From Elusimicrobiota bacterium (GTDB taxonomy: Bacteria; Elusimicrobiota; Elusimicrobia; FEN-1173), in contig JADJZR010000007.1 in the NCBI GenBank assembly GCA_016715645.1, forward strand, positions 116,221 through 180,220: a DNA stretch of 64,000 bases. Direction: 5' to 3'. Below the pieces are notes generated by a model. The model did not search any database and was not told the DNA's origin. It was given only the letters and a program-made list of their open reading frames with translations. Of the stretch, positions 9,037 to 18,900 are shown in pieces. The position numbers and the translations under genes were made by a program. The first letter of the stretch is position 1. Each line of letters opens with the position of its first letter.

Positions 9037-9971
9037 CAGAACCCCACACTGTCCACATAGATGGGCCCGTCGTAGTCGGGACCAGCGGAACTGTCTCCAA
9101 CTCCCACCTTAACCCCAACCATCGCAACCTTTTTGTAGTCAAATCCGGGAGTAGGTTCGGGAGGATCCTCACCTGGGCTGAACTTCACCTCAAACCAAGC
9201 TCCCCCCACTAGGTTAAAGTACGGACCATATTCGCTTCGCCCTTGGGTGTCTTTAACAAACAATTGAACTCCGTTGGGATGAGCGTCGTCTCCCCGGGCC
9301 TCGGCGGGAGCGTACACCCAGGCCGATATCTCCACAAGATCCAAGTCGATGAATCCCATGGGCACGCCCACGGGGGAAAGGTTCTTAAACTCCACATAGA
9401 CCTCCCCCTTTGAAAGTTCCGGGTGCCCCCCCGCCCGCAAATCGACATTTAACTGCAAAGCCCCTGAACCGCCATAGGTTTGGACGCCCGTTTGAATAAT
9501 GGATAACACCGACCGGCTGTCTTGATAGGTTTGAGGAACCCACTGTTGAACGCCGGTTTCAAAATCGTATTCGCCTGTCAGCGGAAGTGTCACGCCCGCC
9601 CCGGGAGTTTGGAACGTACGATCGTAACTGTACAGGGTCTCACCCGCGCTGGAACGATTCTTGACCCGAAAATGGTAAAGCGTGGAAGGCGCTAATCCCG
9701 ACAATGTCACCTCGTGAGTCGTCATCGCAGACCCGCCAACGCCGCCCACGGATCCATACAGAGTGTCGGGACCATACTGAATCTCGGATGTCGTAGGTTC
9801 GCTGGTGGTCCAATAAACAACAGCCGATGTTCCGGCCACTTGGCCGACCAACGGATCGGACGTGGACGGGGCCGCTCCCATAAACCGGTCTTTTGATTGG
9901 CAACCCGCCACCGTTAAGAAAAAAAGAATCGGTGCCCGAAATACGAAATCCAGGCGACGGGGCAATGTCAT
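9036..9971 (-). CDS. Lipoprotein with an Fn3 / purple-acid-phosphatase-N-like domain and a CBM-like beta-sandwich
   Basis: 311 aa with lipobox LTVAGC. Fn3-like block: VVYWTTSEPTTSEIQYGPDTLYGS...HEVTLSGLAPSTLYHFRV. The C-terminal domain ends GPIYVDSVGF, similar to GPVFIDNVRLEN of the next CBM-like gene. Confidence 0.5.
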   Translation of the reverse strand: MTLPRRLDFVFRAPILFFLTVAGCQSKDRFMGAAPSTSDPLVGQVAGTSAVVYWTTSEPTTSEIQYGPDTLYGSVGGVGGSAMTTHEVTLSGLAPSTLYHFRVKNRSSAGETLYSYDRTFQTPGAGVTLPLTGEYDFETGVQQWVPQTYQDSRSVLSIIQTGVQTYGGSGALQLNVDLRAGGHPELSKGEVYVEFKNLSPVGVPMGFIDLDLVEISAWVYAPAEARGDDAHPNGVQLFVKDTQGRSEYGPYFNLVGGAWFEVKFSPGEDPPEPTPGFDYKKVAMVGVKVGVGDSSAGPDYDGPIYVDSVGF

Positions 9972-10405
9972 TGAAATTCCACCCGATAAACCAGTCCCGC
10001 ATACTGACGATCACCAAAGGTTAACGATAGGCCCGAAGCCGGTTTGGTTGTATAAGCGTCGGCCACGTTGTAAGCCCAAATAAAACCGGCGGCAATTAAT
10101 AGGTAATTGGTCATGTCCACGCGCCGATTGTAATCGGCGTAACTGCCGTTTCCCGCTTGATAATCGTCGTAAGCGTCTTTAGCAGAGGAGTAAGTGAAGT
10201 AGGCTCCCACCAAAGCGGCGGCTTCGGCTGTAGCAATGCACGTTCCCCGGGCGGGGTAACCTTTATACCACTGCCCCCACCCGGGGACGAAAAAAGATCG
10301 ATGAGCGGCGTCCCGGTCAATGGTTTCCATGGCCTTGCCATTTTCGGCGCGCACACCGCCAAAAACAGCAACGACCAACACCATTGCCCACAACCATCGC
10401 CTCAT
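9968..10405 (-). CDS. Small secreted/membrane protein, DUF5683-like
   Basis: 145 aa with a signal peptide. The motif FFVPGWGQWYKG is followed by a hydrophobic helix. The family call is from memory of the PGxGQxY motif only. Confidence 0.4.
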   Translation of the reverse strand: MRRWLWAMVLVVAVFGGVRAENGKAMETIDRDAAHRSFFVPGWGQWYKGYPARGTCIATAEAAALVGAYFTYSSAKDAYDDYQAGNGSYADYNRRVDMTNYLLIAAGFIWAYNVADAYTTKPASGLSLTFGDRQYAGLVYRVEFQ

Positions 10406-10441
10406 CGCCGGATCTCTTCTCTCACGCGCATTTTAAGAATT

Positions 10442-11145
10442 CTACTTTGCGGGCTTTAAAGGCGCGTTTTCCAAACGAACGTTGTCGATGAAAACCGGCC
10501 CTTCGTAGGGGGGGCCGTTCACGGAAACGCGAACCCCAAGCTTTCGCACATCGCTGATCAATTCCGGAGTCAACCGGGCTTTCCAGCCGGTGCTGTCGGG
10601 AGCCACATTGGCCTGAATGGTCGTCCACGTACCGGGAACAAGTTCCACCGGTTGGCGCATTTCCGTCCACGCCCAATTGTCGCCCACGGTGAGAATAATC
10701 TCCGCTTTCATTCTCTTAGGCGCCTCCGCTGGCACATACACATCCGCCATGAGGTAGGGGAAGGGACTGAAATCCATGTAACTGCTGGAATCCTGTTCGA
10801 TTTCCACATACGCCCCGCTCCACATTTTGGGGGAAATTTCGTGGCCATTTTCAACGCTTTTTTTCCATCCGAAGCGAATTCGCCGCCCACCGCCACTTCC
10901 ACGGACGCATTGTCGGATTTTTCAAACGCCCAGTCGGGGATCCGCCATCCGTCACTGTCCACCTCAAAACTAAAGAGGACCTTCCCATCCTGTTTTTTTG
11001 ATGATTTCTTTTTATCCGCCGATTTTGCCGATTTCGTGGCGGGTTCCTTCTTTTCAGCCGCCGCCTTTTCAGCGGCCCACAACGGAGAAACCGACAACAG
11101 CGCCCCCGACAACAGGACCATCATCGAACGACGAACATGATTCAT
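10442..11145 (-). pseudogene. CBM-like secreted protein split by a one-base frameshift in a homopolymer run
   Basis: ORF 10708..11145 (signal peptide, then VLFSFEVDSDGWRIPDWAF...ALKMATKFPPK) continues sensibly only in the frame of ORF 10442..10825 (MWSGAYVEIEQ...GPVFIDNVRLEN). The junction lies in tttt/ggggg at 10825-10833. Confidence 0.5.
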
Positions 11146-11171
11146 TTTGACATCCTCCTTTGTTATAAAAA

Positions 11172-12791
11172 TTATGGGGTCATCCGTTCAAACCATCCGG
11201 CCATCACATCTTCCGCCAGTTTTCCCCGGATGGTTAAATCTTCCGTCACAGGCCGCGTGTTGGTGGGGAAATAATGCCACCAGTAAAATCCCTTAAACCA
11301 GTCCCGCGGCGTTAACTCCCGATACGAAGCCTCAAAACAGTCCGCCTGCTGTTGTCTGTCCTTCACGTTGGTCAACTCGATCCAGGGCTGTTTGCCGGCT
11401 CCTTCCACGCTCGGGTAACCCAACTCCGTGAAAAGGACCGGTTTGCCCAACTTGCTGGAAACCAACCACTGCTGAATCCCTTCGGCGTGCCCTCGCCAAC
11501 CGTCGGTCAGTTCTTTGAGCGTGGGCTTGTTTCCCTCGGCAATGGGAAAATAGGCGTCAATCCCGATGTAGTCCAAAGCGTCCCAGAACGTGACATTTTT
11601 ATACTCATCCCAGTTAGCCGAATACACCAGGGGACCCGAAAATTCGTTCCGCACCTCTTTTATGAGCCGCCGCCAGTTGTCGTCTTGTTCCCAGGTGGTA
11701 GCGCCTTTCAATTCCACCCCCACCGAAAAGGCCTCCACATTGTATTTGTGAGCGAACGCGGCGTACCGCCTAATGAATTTTGTGTAGTTGTTGAACCACG
11801 CCTGTTTGGAAGGATAAAAATCGCCCCGGTAGGTTCCGTCCCGAATGTCCAAGTGGGGCTTGAGGAGAACTTTCATGCCCAGTTCATGGGCTTTGTTGAT
11901 GCAGTAGGCCAGGGCGTAATCCGAGGGTGTCTGACCGCCGAGAGGATTGTCGGGGCCCATTTCCGTTGACGTGGGAGACTCTTGAAACCATGTCACCAAT
12001 AACGCAATATGGCCCACGTGCTTGGATTTGAGCCATTCCATTGTCCGATCGGCCGCGGGGGTGGCCAACTCGGACTCGTGCCAGGATGTCAGGTTAACCC
12101 CGCGATGGAACTCGGTCAGCGTGATCGGGCCTGGGGAAGGCAAAGCTTTTGGCAGTTTGGTGGGCAACGCCGCGGCCGCATCGACTCCGTCGCTTGCCCG
12201 CCAGGGAAAAACTTCCCCAATAGGCTTATCGTCGTGATTTCTAATTTTGAGCCCATAGGCTTCAAATTCCCAAATGGAAACCCCCCAGTTGGGGTTGGCG
12301 CGGCGCAACACCTCCAACCGCAAAAAAGAAGCGGTGGTGGGCTTCACTTTCACTTTTTCTACGCCGCCCACTCCTTTGTCTTGCCGAAAAATTTGGGCCC
12401 ATTTATTGCCATCTTCCGACGAATAGAGCTGGTAAGATTCGGCGTAGGCCCGTTCCCACCGAATCGTCACTTCCGAAACCACTTTGGACGATCCAAATCC
12501 GATAACAATCCATTGAGCGTCCTTGGCGTCCGAAGCCCATCGGGTTTTAAGATTACCGTCGATCAACGCATTGGGATTGGGGTCCGGTGCCCAGGTGGGC
12601 GTCATGTCAAACGACGACACCTTGGCCGAATTCGCTTTCAGATAAACCATGGGCGCCGCCGCTCGGGCGGCCACCGCCCCAGCAACAACAAAAAGAGAAA
12701 GGGTCATCTGACTTATAGTGCGACTGAGCGATGTCATGTGTAGTACTCCATAGGTGTCTGTCCCCTCGAATAAACCAACCGAAGGGGACAC
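11172..12791 (-). CDS. Secreted F5/8-type-C (CBM32) domain + clan GH-A-like (beta/alpha)8 glycoside hydrolase, probable mannan/glycan hydrolase
   Basis: The discoidin block is NALIDGNLKTRWASDAKDAQWIVIGFGSSKVVSEVTIRWERAYAESYQLYSSEDGNKW. The TIM-barrel-like part has FSVGVELKG and VLFTELGYPS (a candidate nucleophile E-x-G). The likely start is M19 (12737), which gives a signal peptide. Confidence 0.7.
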   Translation of the reverse strand: MSPSVGLFEGTDTYGVLHMTSLSRTISQMTLSLFVVAGAVAARAAAPMVYLKANSAKVSSFDMTPTWAPDPNPNALIDGNLKTRWASDAKDAQWIVIGFGSSKVVSEVTIRWERAYAESYQLYSSEDGNKWAQIFRQDKGVGGVEKVKVKPTTASFLRLEVLRRANPNWGVSIWEFEAYGLKIRNHDDKPIGEVFPWRASDGVDAAAALPTKLPKALPSPGPITLTEFHRGVNLTSWHESELATPAADRTMEWLKSKHVGHIALLVTWFQESPTSTEMGPDNPLGGQTPSDYALAYCINKAHELGMKVLLKPHLDIRDGTYRGDFYPSKQAWFNNYTKFIRRYAAFAHKYNVEAFSVGVELKGATTWEQDDNWRRLIKEVRNEFSGPLVYSANWDEYKNVTFWDALDYIGIDAYFPIAEGNKPTLKELTDGWRGHAEGIQQWLVSSKLGKPVLFTELGYPSVEGAGKQPWIELTNVKDRQQQADCFEASYRELTPRDWFKGFYWWHYFPTNTRPVTEDLTIRGKLAEDVMAGWFERMTP

Positions 12792-12919
12792 GGTGAACCG
12801 TCGCCCTTAATCAAATGAAATAACGTCCCGCCTGTCAAGACAAACCCGAGAGTGGCCCCCCAGGATTATCTTTCCCTTAAACTAAACATTGATGACAACG
12901 AACCCTCGGAGCTCGAGCA

Positions 12920-15900
12920 TTACGCCGCGATAAAGGACAGCCTCAAGGAATTGACGTCGGTTTCAATGGACGTTCCCGCTTGCGTTAATTTGCCCAACAT
13001 GTTGATGATGTAAACAAGCAGGTTTTCCCTGGCGAATCCCTCCGGCATGTTGTCAAAGCTAAACCGATTCTCATACATAGAAACAATGGCGATGGTTCCG
13101 GAAGTTAAAATCTTGTGGACAGGAGCCAAACTTCCCACAACACCTCCAAAATCGATTCTCCCATCATCGGTCAAATAGTTGCCCTGATGCACAAAGAATG
13201 TTCCCTGCATGGGCCCCCGAGATTCCACTTGTTGAGCTTTTAGAAAACCCTCCAATTCGCTGGGAGTAATGGACGTGTCTCCGCTCATCAAGAAAAGAGT
13301 AACGGTTGCTTTTTCCTCCGCCTCTCTCAGTTCTTTCTTCCACCGATTGATCCCGTCTTCCCCAGCGGCAGGATCCCAACCCACATTTCCATCCTCACCG
13401 CGAACCACAGGAGCCAACATGAATTGGTGTTGGACGTCGTCCACCCGCCCATTTTCATTATTGCGAGCCGCAATGGTTTGGACGGCGGCTTCGCGACTAT
13501 AGAGGCCAAGGGCATGCGAACGGGATTCATCGCTCATCCCCATTTGGTCAGCCAAAACAGCCAGGGCGATCATTTCGTTCCGTTGACGCTCAGCGGAGTA
13601 ATTGCCCGTGGATGTGCGATTGTGCCCATGGAGGCGCGCCAACGTGAAGGCCACGTCGAGAAAAAGCTTTTGCGCTGTTGGCTTGTTTTTAGGAGTGCGC
13701 GCCCACTGTGTAAATTCACCCAATTCGCCATCGGTCCAGTAAGCGTTGGCACGCAAGAAAACGTCGGCCGTTAAAGTGTCAAATTTTTTGGCAGCGCGCG
13801 CGGCGGGCGGCGCCACAGTTCCTTCCCCCGAATAACGGATGAAGCTGGGAAGAGTGTTTGGCGTTTGCACCGGTTCAACCTTCACGCCCTTTTCCCGCCC
13901 AAATTGTTGGACTGTGGCCGCTGGAACCACTTGGTCGGTCACTGAAAGCAACGCCGGCCTTGTCGGGAATAAAGCGGTATTTCGAACTGTTACTTTGTTC
14001 CCTTCGAACGTAATTGAAATGTTTTCCACTCCTAATACTCGGACTTTCTGGCTGTCTGCCCCAATGACGGTAACTCCGGCACCATCTGCTTGGATAGTCA
14101 TTTTAGAATCCCAGACTACCGTGGGGGTTTCCGAGTCTTTGTCGTACGCCTCCTTGACGTTTTTGACACCTTGCGCAAGGGAGGTTTGTATAACGAGCAG
14201 CTGACCCATGTTTGAGAAAACAACCGCAACATCGTCCACCCCTTCCACGGCAATCTCCCTTTCGGTGTCTGCAACCAAGATTGTATCTTTCGATCCCGTT
14301 GTGGACCCGGCCCCTATCCTTCGGTTTCCATGCTCATCCGTTGGGATGGACTTAACTTTTCTCAAAGCATCAAAACTTCCGATATCAATCCACTCGAAAC
14401 TGCCTGGAACCACGATCCCCTGAACCCCTGAATCTTCTGTTTCAAGAGTCATGGGGACCAGGAGAGCATAGTCGACTGAGTTGTGTACTTGTCTATCTTC
14501 CGTCGGATGCTTAATTTTTGACGGAAACGAATTAAAAATATTACGGGCATTTTCCATTTCACCATCTTGAATCGCCTTGACTAGCGCTTCGTACTTTGCG
14601 AAAAGTTCTGGTTGAAATTTCTCCAAGGCCTTTTCCATCGATTCAATGGAGAAAACCAGCATTCCGGAATTCCAATAACGCGTCGCATCTCCAGTTTCTT
14701 GTTCTTGCACCATTTGTCCCGCTAGCTCTGCCGAAGGTTTTTCAGTGAATAGCTTAATTTTGTATCCAACACCAACTTGGGATTGGGTGTTGGCCTCAAT
14801 CGCTCCAAAGGGGGTCCATTCTGCGGGAGGGGCCACTTCTCCAGTCTTCAAATCGATAGGGTTGATCCCAATGGTCACGATGTTGTTCGCTTTAGGGTCC
14901 TGAGCCAAAGCGATGGCCTTATCCATTGTTCGACGAAATTGTTCCGTATCTGGAATGATATGGTCTGCGGTTAACATCGTGAGGGTGGCATTTGGATTCT
15001 GTTTCTTAATATTGGCCATTGCAAATAAAATGGCGGGAAGAGTGTTCCTTCGGCCCGGCTCAATCAGCAGGTTCTCTAAAGGCATATCCGGTAATTGGTT
15101 TTTTAATGGGGTTTCGACATCCGAGCCGGCAACTATAAAGAAATTCTTTACATCGATAAAACTAGAGAAAGCGCCGCTTATTTTTTCTGTCACCCGACGA
15201 AAAGTAGCTTGGATCATTGTGACGCCCATTCCGCTCAACTCGGATAGGGTTTTGTTAAGCGGCCAAAATCGGGAACTCGCTCCACCCGCCAAGGTAATGG
15301 ACGCGACACGCGTCATGTCCGCGGTGGGCTGATCCGGCGGGGCGCGGGTGTCGGTGTCTGCCGCTTGTTTCTTTATTTTGGCGATCCACCATGCTGGAGA
15401 GGATGTAACGTCAGGAAGCCCGAGCAGGAAATCGAATGTGCTCTGAACTCCTTTCCACCAGTCGACGCGATATATTTCTTGACTTAAAACAATTGGCAAC
15501 AGCCACGCGGGAGTTTCGGGGCGGACAGTGATGCTGGCGGTCGTATCGGTTCGGGTTGTTTCAGCAAACCACCGGGCGTCTGTTGGTCTTCCAAATTTAA
15601 CGGTCACAGTTCTTTTGCCGATTTTTAATGTGGCTTCGTTAGAGTTTTGGTCAAAAGTGGGGTCGTAAGAGAACCGCCTGAATCCGTCAGCAAGATCTTT
15701 TATGTTACCCTCTCCTTCAAAAGGCACCTTAAGAGCCCTGTAGGCCATTAACGCAACCCCGGTGTAGGGCAATGCAATCACCGCCAACAGGCCCAGAGAC
15801 CAAATCAGCAACCCTCCAACAAAAGGAATTGCGTTTGCAACGAAAATGAAACCAACCCCCGTTGCGAATACAATGGAGGGTATTCCCACCGCCAACTTTC

Positions 15901-18900
15901 TTGCCGTGGAGTAGGGCTTTGCGATCAAAGGTTTCACACCGGTTTCGGATGCAGAGAGGAACGCCGTTTCTTTTTCTTTGGCGGGCAATTTAGCGAAATC
16001 CACGATTTGTAAGAGGACACCCCTCCCTTGCGTTCGACCCAAAGCTTCCCTTTCCGCTTCGGAAACCCCCTCCGTAGCCTCTCCGCGAGAAAGCCTGCCC
16101 GCCTGGTTAGCCCGAGATTTGCCCCTCTCAGGCGTGGTAAAGAAATATTGCCGAATTTCTTTGTCATTTCCCGATCCACGGAAGTTAACCACTTCTCCAT
16201 CTGCAAGATAACATTTAATTCCAGTTTTAAAGTTCATGCGAACGATGGGAGAATCGGCTAAAACGTTGGCTAACATCCCCTCCAGCAACCTTTTCTTGCC
16301 AACCATTAATTTAGCTTCATCGCTCTCGGCATTCCACACTTTAATTTGGTCTTTATTGTCATCGAGAAGAACAACGGAACCGTCGTTACTGAATTCCACC
16401 CACACAGCCTTGTCCACGATAATCCCATTTGTTGTGGGTGAGAATGTATTCTGCATGATCGCATTAAATTCTTTTTGATGTTCTCCGAATTCATAGCGCA
16501 CAACCGAAGACTCACCGGGTAAAGGGCGAACATCGTTATCGACTATGTCAAGAAGGTCCCTTTTCTTTTCACCGGCCAGGGACAGAACAGCCAGTTCAAC
16601 CACGGTCGCGTCTCTCGTGGGAACAGCCTCAAGATTTCCAATTTTTGTTGCCGTTAAAAATCCTCCGTTCGCTTCCCCACCAACCACCATGTCATATTGC
16701 CCCCCTTCGACGGCTGCGTTCATGGAAGCAATAACATACGGAGACCCCACGTCCGTTAAAGCCACCGTAAAACCTTCGCGCTCAAGGTAAGCCACAACCC
16801 CGGGATTCACTGTGTTTGGCAAGGAAATGTGGGGATTTCTTGCGCCGCTCTTCTCTTTTAAGTAGACCGCCGTCAATGCCACCAGGACATCGCCAGGGAC
16901 AAACCGGAAAGAAATTTGATCCCCGTTTCGGACGACAACCAAAACGAGCGGTCTGTCAGAATCGCCGTCAGTGGAAAAAATGTAGCGCACCGTATCGTTC
17001 AGGTTGAGTTGTCTGAAAATAGCCAAAATCCTGTTCAACTGTTCCTGTGTAATACCTTCGGTATCAACCGGAACAAAATCATCAGTTGCGCCAAAACCAA
17101 CGACCGTGGAGATTCCCTTTTCAACCTTGGAACGATTAAGAAAAACTCGCACAATGTTCTGGACCATTTCACGCCCAACAGCGGAATGTTCGTAGAAGGC
17201 GGCACTGGGAAGACCAGCCACGGGGCCAAAAAATCGACTGTAGCGCCGTTCGGACGTTTCCCTTGCCTCTTTCTGATAGTCCCTGATTTGGTCTGGTCTT
17301 GGTACACGGGTGGGTTTCAACAGACCGTAATCGTCAAATTGAGAATCTTGGAGGGTCCGGCGATACACTAATTCACTTATTTTTTCAGCGGTTAATCTGG
17401 CGATCGTAGCGTTGTCATCTGGAGTTGTTTCTCCGACAGCGCTCCCCCCTTTCATTCCATTAAGCCCCGTTTTGATATGACTTCCAGTCACCATAAAAAA
17501 CAGGCCCTTTGCCTGCATTGCAACGTAGGTCAAAAATGGCGTTGGGATTCTTCCGCAGTAGAAGGGTTGACCTTCCATGTCAAGGATCGCGCGGGCCACG
17601 GCGGTCTCCATCCGTTTGGTGGAGGGCCGATTGTCTCCGCCAAAATAAATTTGGCTGCCGGTTTCACTTCCAAGATGAGAAAAATGGGTGCGCGCTACGG
17701 CGTAGGCGGCAAGATCGGTTAACTCGTGCTCGGGCCCACGCACACCGCTGGTCCCAAATGCGGGATAATTTGGGAAATAAATCATGGCTTGGATTAAATT
17801 CTGGGCCTCCCGACGGCGGAGTTCTGGGATCAACATTTTAAGATTTGTTCCCCGAGGAACCGTTTTTTTACTAAGGTAGGAAGTCACACCTTGGGAAACT
17901 ATCCTCTGTTTGGTTTCCCCCGTGAGTTTAATGTTAGCGTAGGAGGCCAAGAGATCGTATTTATTTTTTTCTTGAGATGAAACTATTTTAACCATAAACA
18001 TATGGATCGACATGGCCTGATCAGCGATACCTCTCATGTGATCTGTTTGTCCCTGGTACATCATGGCATGGAAAAACTGGCGGGACCTTTCTCCCAGGCT
18101 CGACCCTAAATATTCTCGGCTGTATTGGTCGTTTAGCAGGTTGCCAACTTCGGCGACGTACGCCTCGGCCATTTTTGAGTCTTCCAGGGCGAGACTGTTG
18201 AGCGAACCAACCACGTCGTCAACGCGTCCCTCGCGCAGGTCCACCACAAGCTGCCGAATCCCAGGAAGCTCAATTTGACCTAATGCAAAATCAATGCTTA
18301 GGGCGGTTTTAAGGGCACCCTGGACGTCTTCAAGTACCCGTCTCGTTCGAATCAATCGCCCCCTGTATGGATTTCCGATTAGACCGGCACCCGCGACAGC
18401 AGCATCCAAGCTTAATATGGCCCTTCCAAGGCTATCCACTTGGTCTTGGTAGGCTTTTTTCCTGTCGGTCTCCGTGTCGTTACTATGCGCACTAACGAAA
18501 CGACTCAAGGTGACAAAAAGTTTTTGAGAATAATTGGGATCCTTAGCGATCTGGGCAATGTCCAGGACGAACGCATCCGGCTTTCTTGGATCGGGTTTCG
18601 TGGTCTCGCTTGCGGCCAAACGAAGGTCTTGAATCCACGTGGAACCTTGTTGAGGAATCGCTTTGATTAATCGGAGAAGATCCCCGACAAATTCGTTCCA
18701 GTTGTTGTCCATTGAAGGTTCACCCAACGAAGGATTCATTCTTCTGAAAATTTGGGCCCCACGTGATTTTGTTGCGCCAAGAACAATCAATTCGAGTGCC
18801 GCCTGTTCAGGCTTCCCCGTTTTGATAAGGGATAAAATATCTTCAGCCGCCTTAGGTACGTCAACAACTGGTTGGATTAAATCGCTACCTACCATAACGC

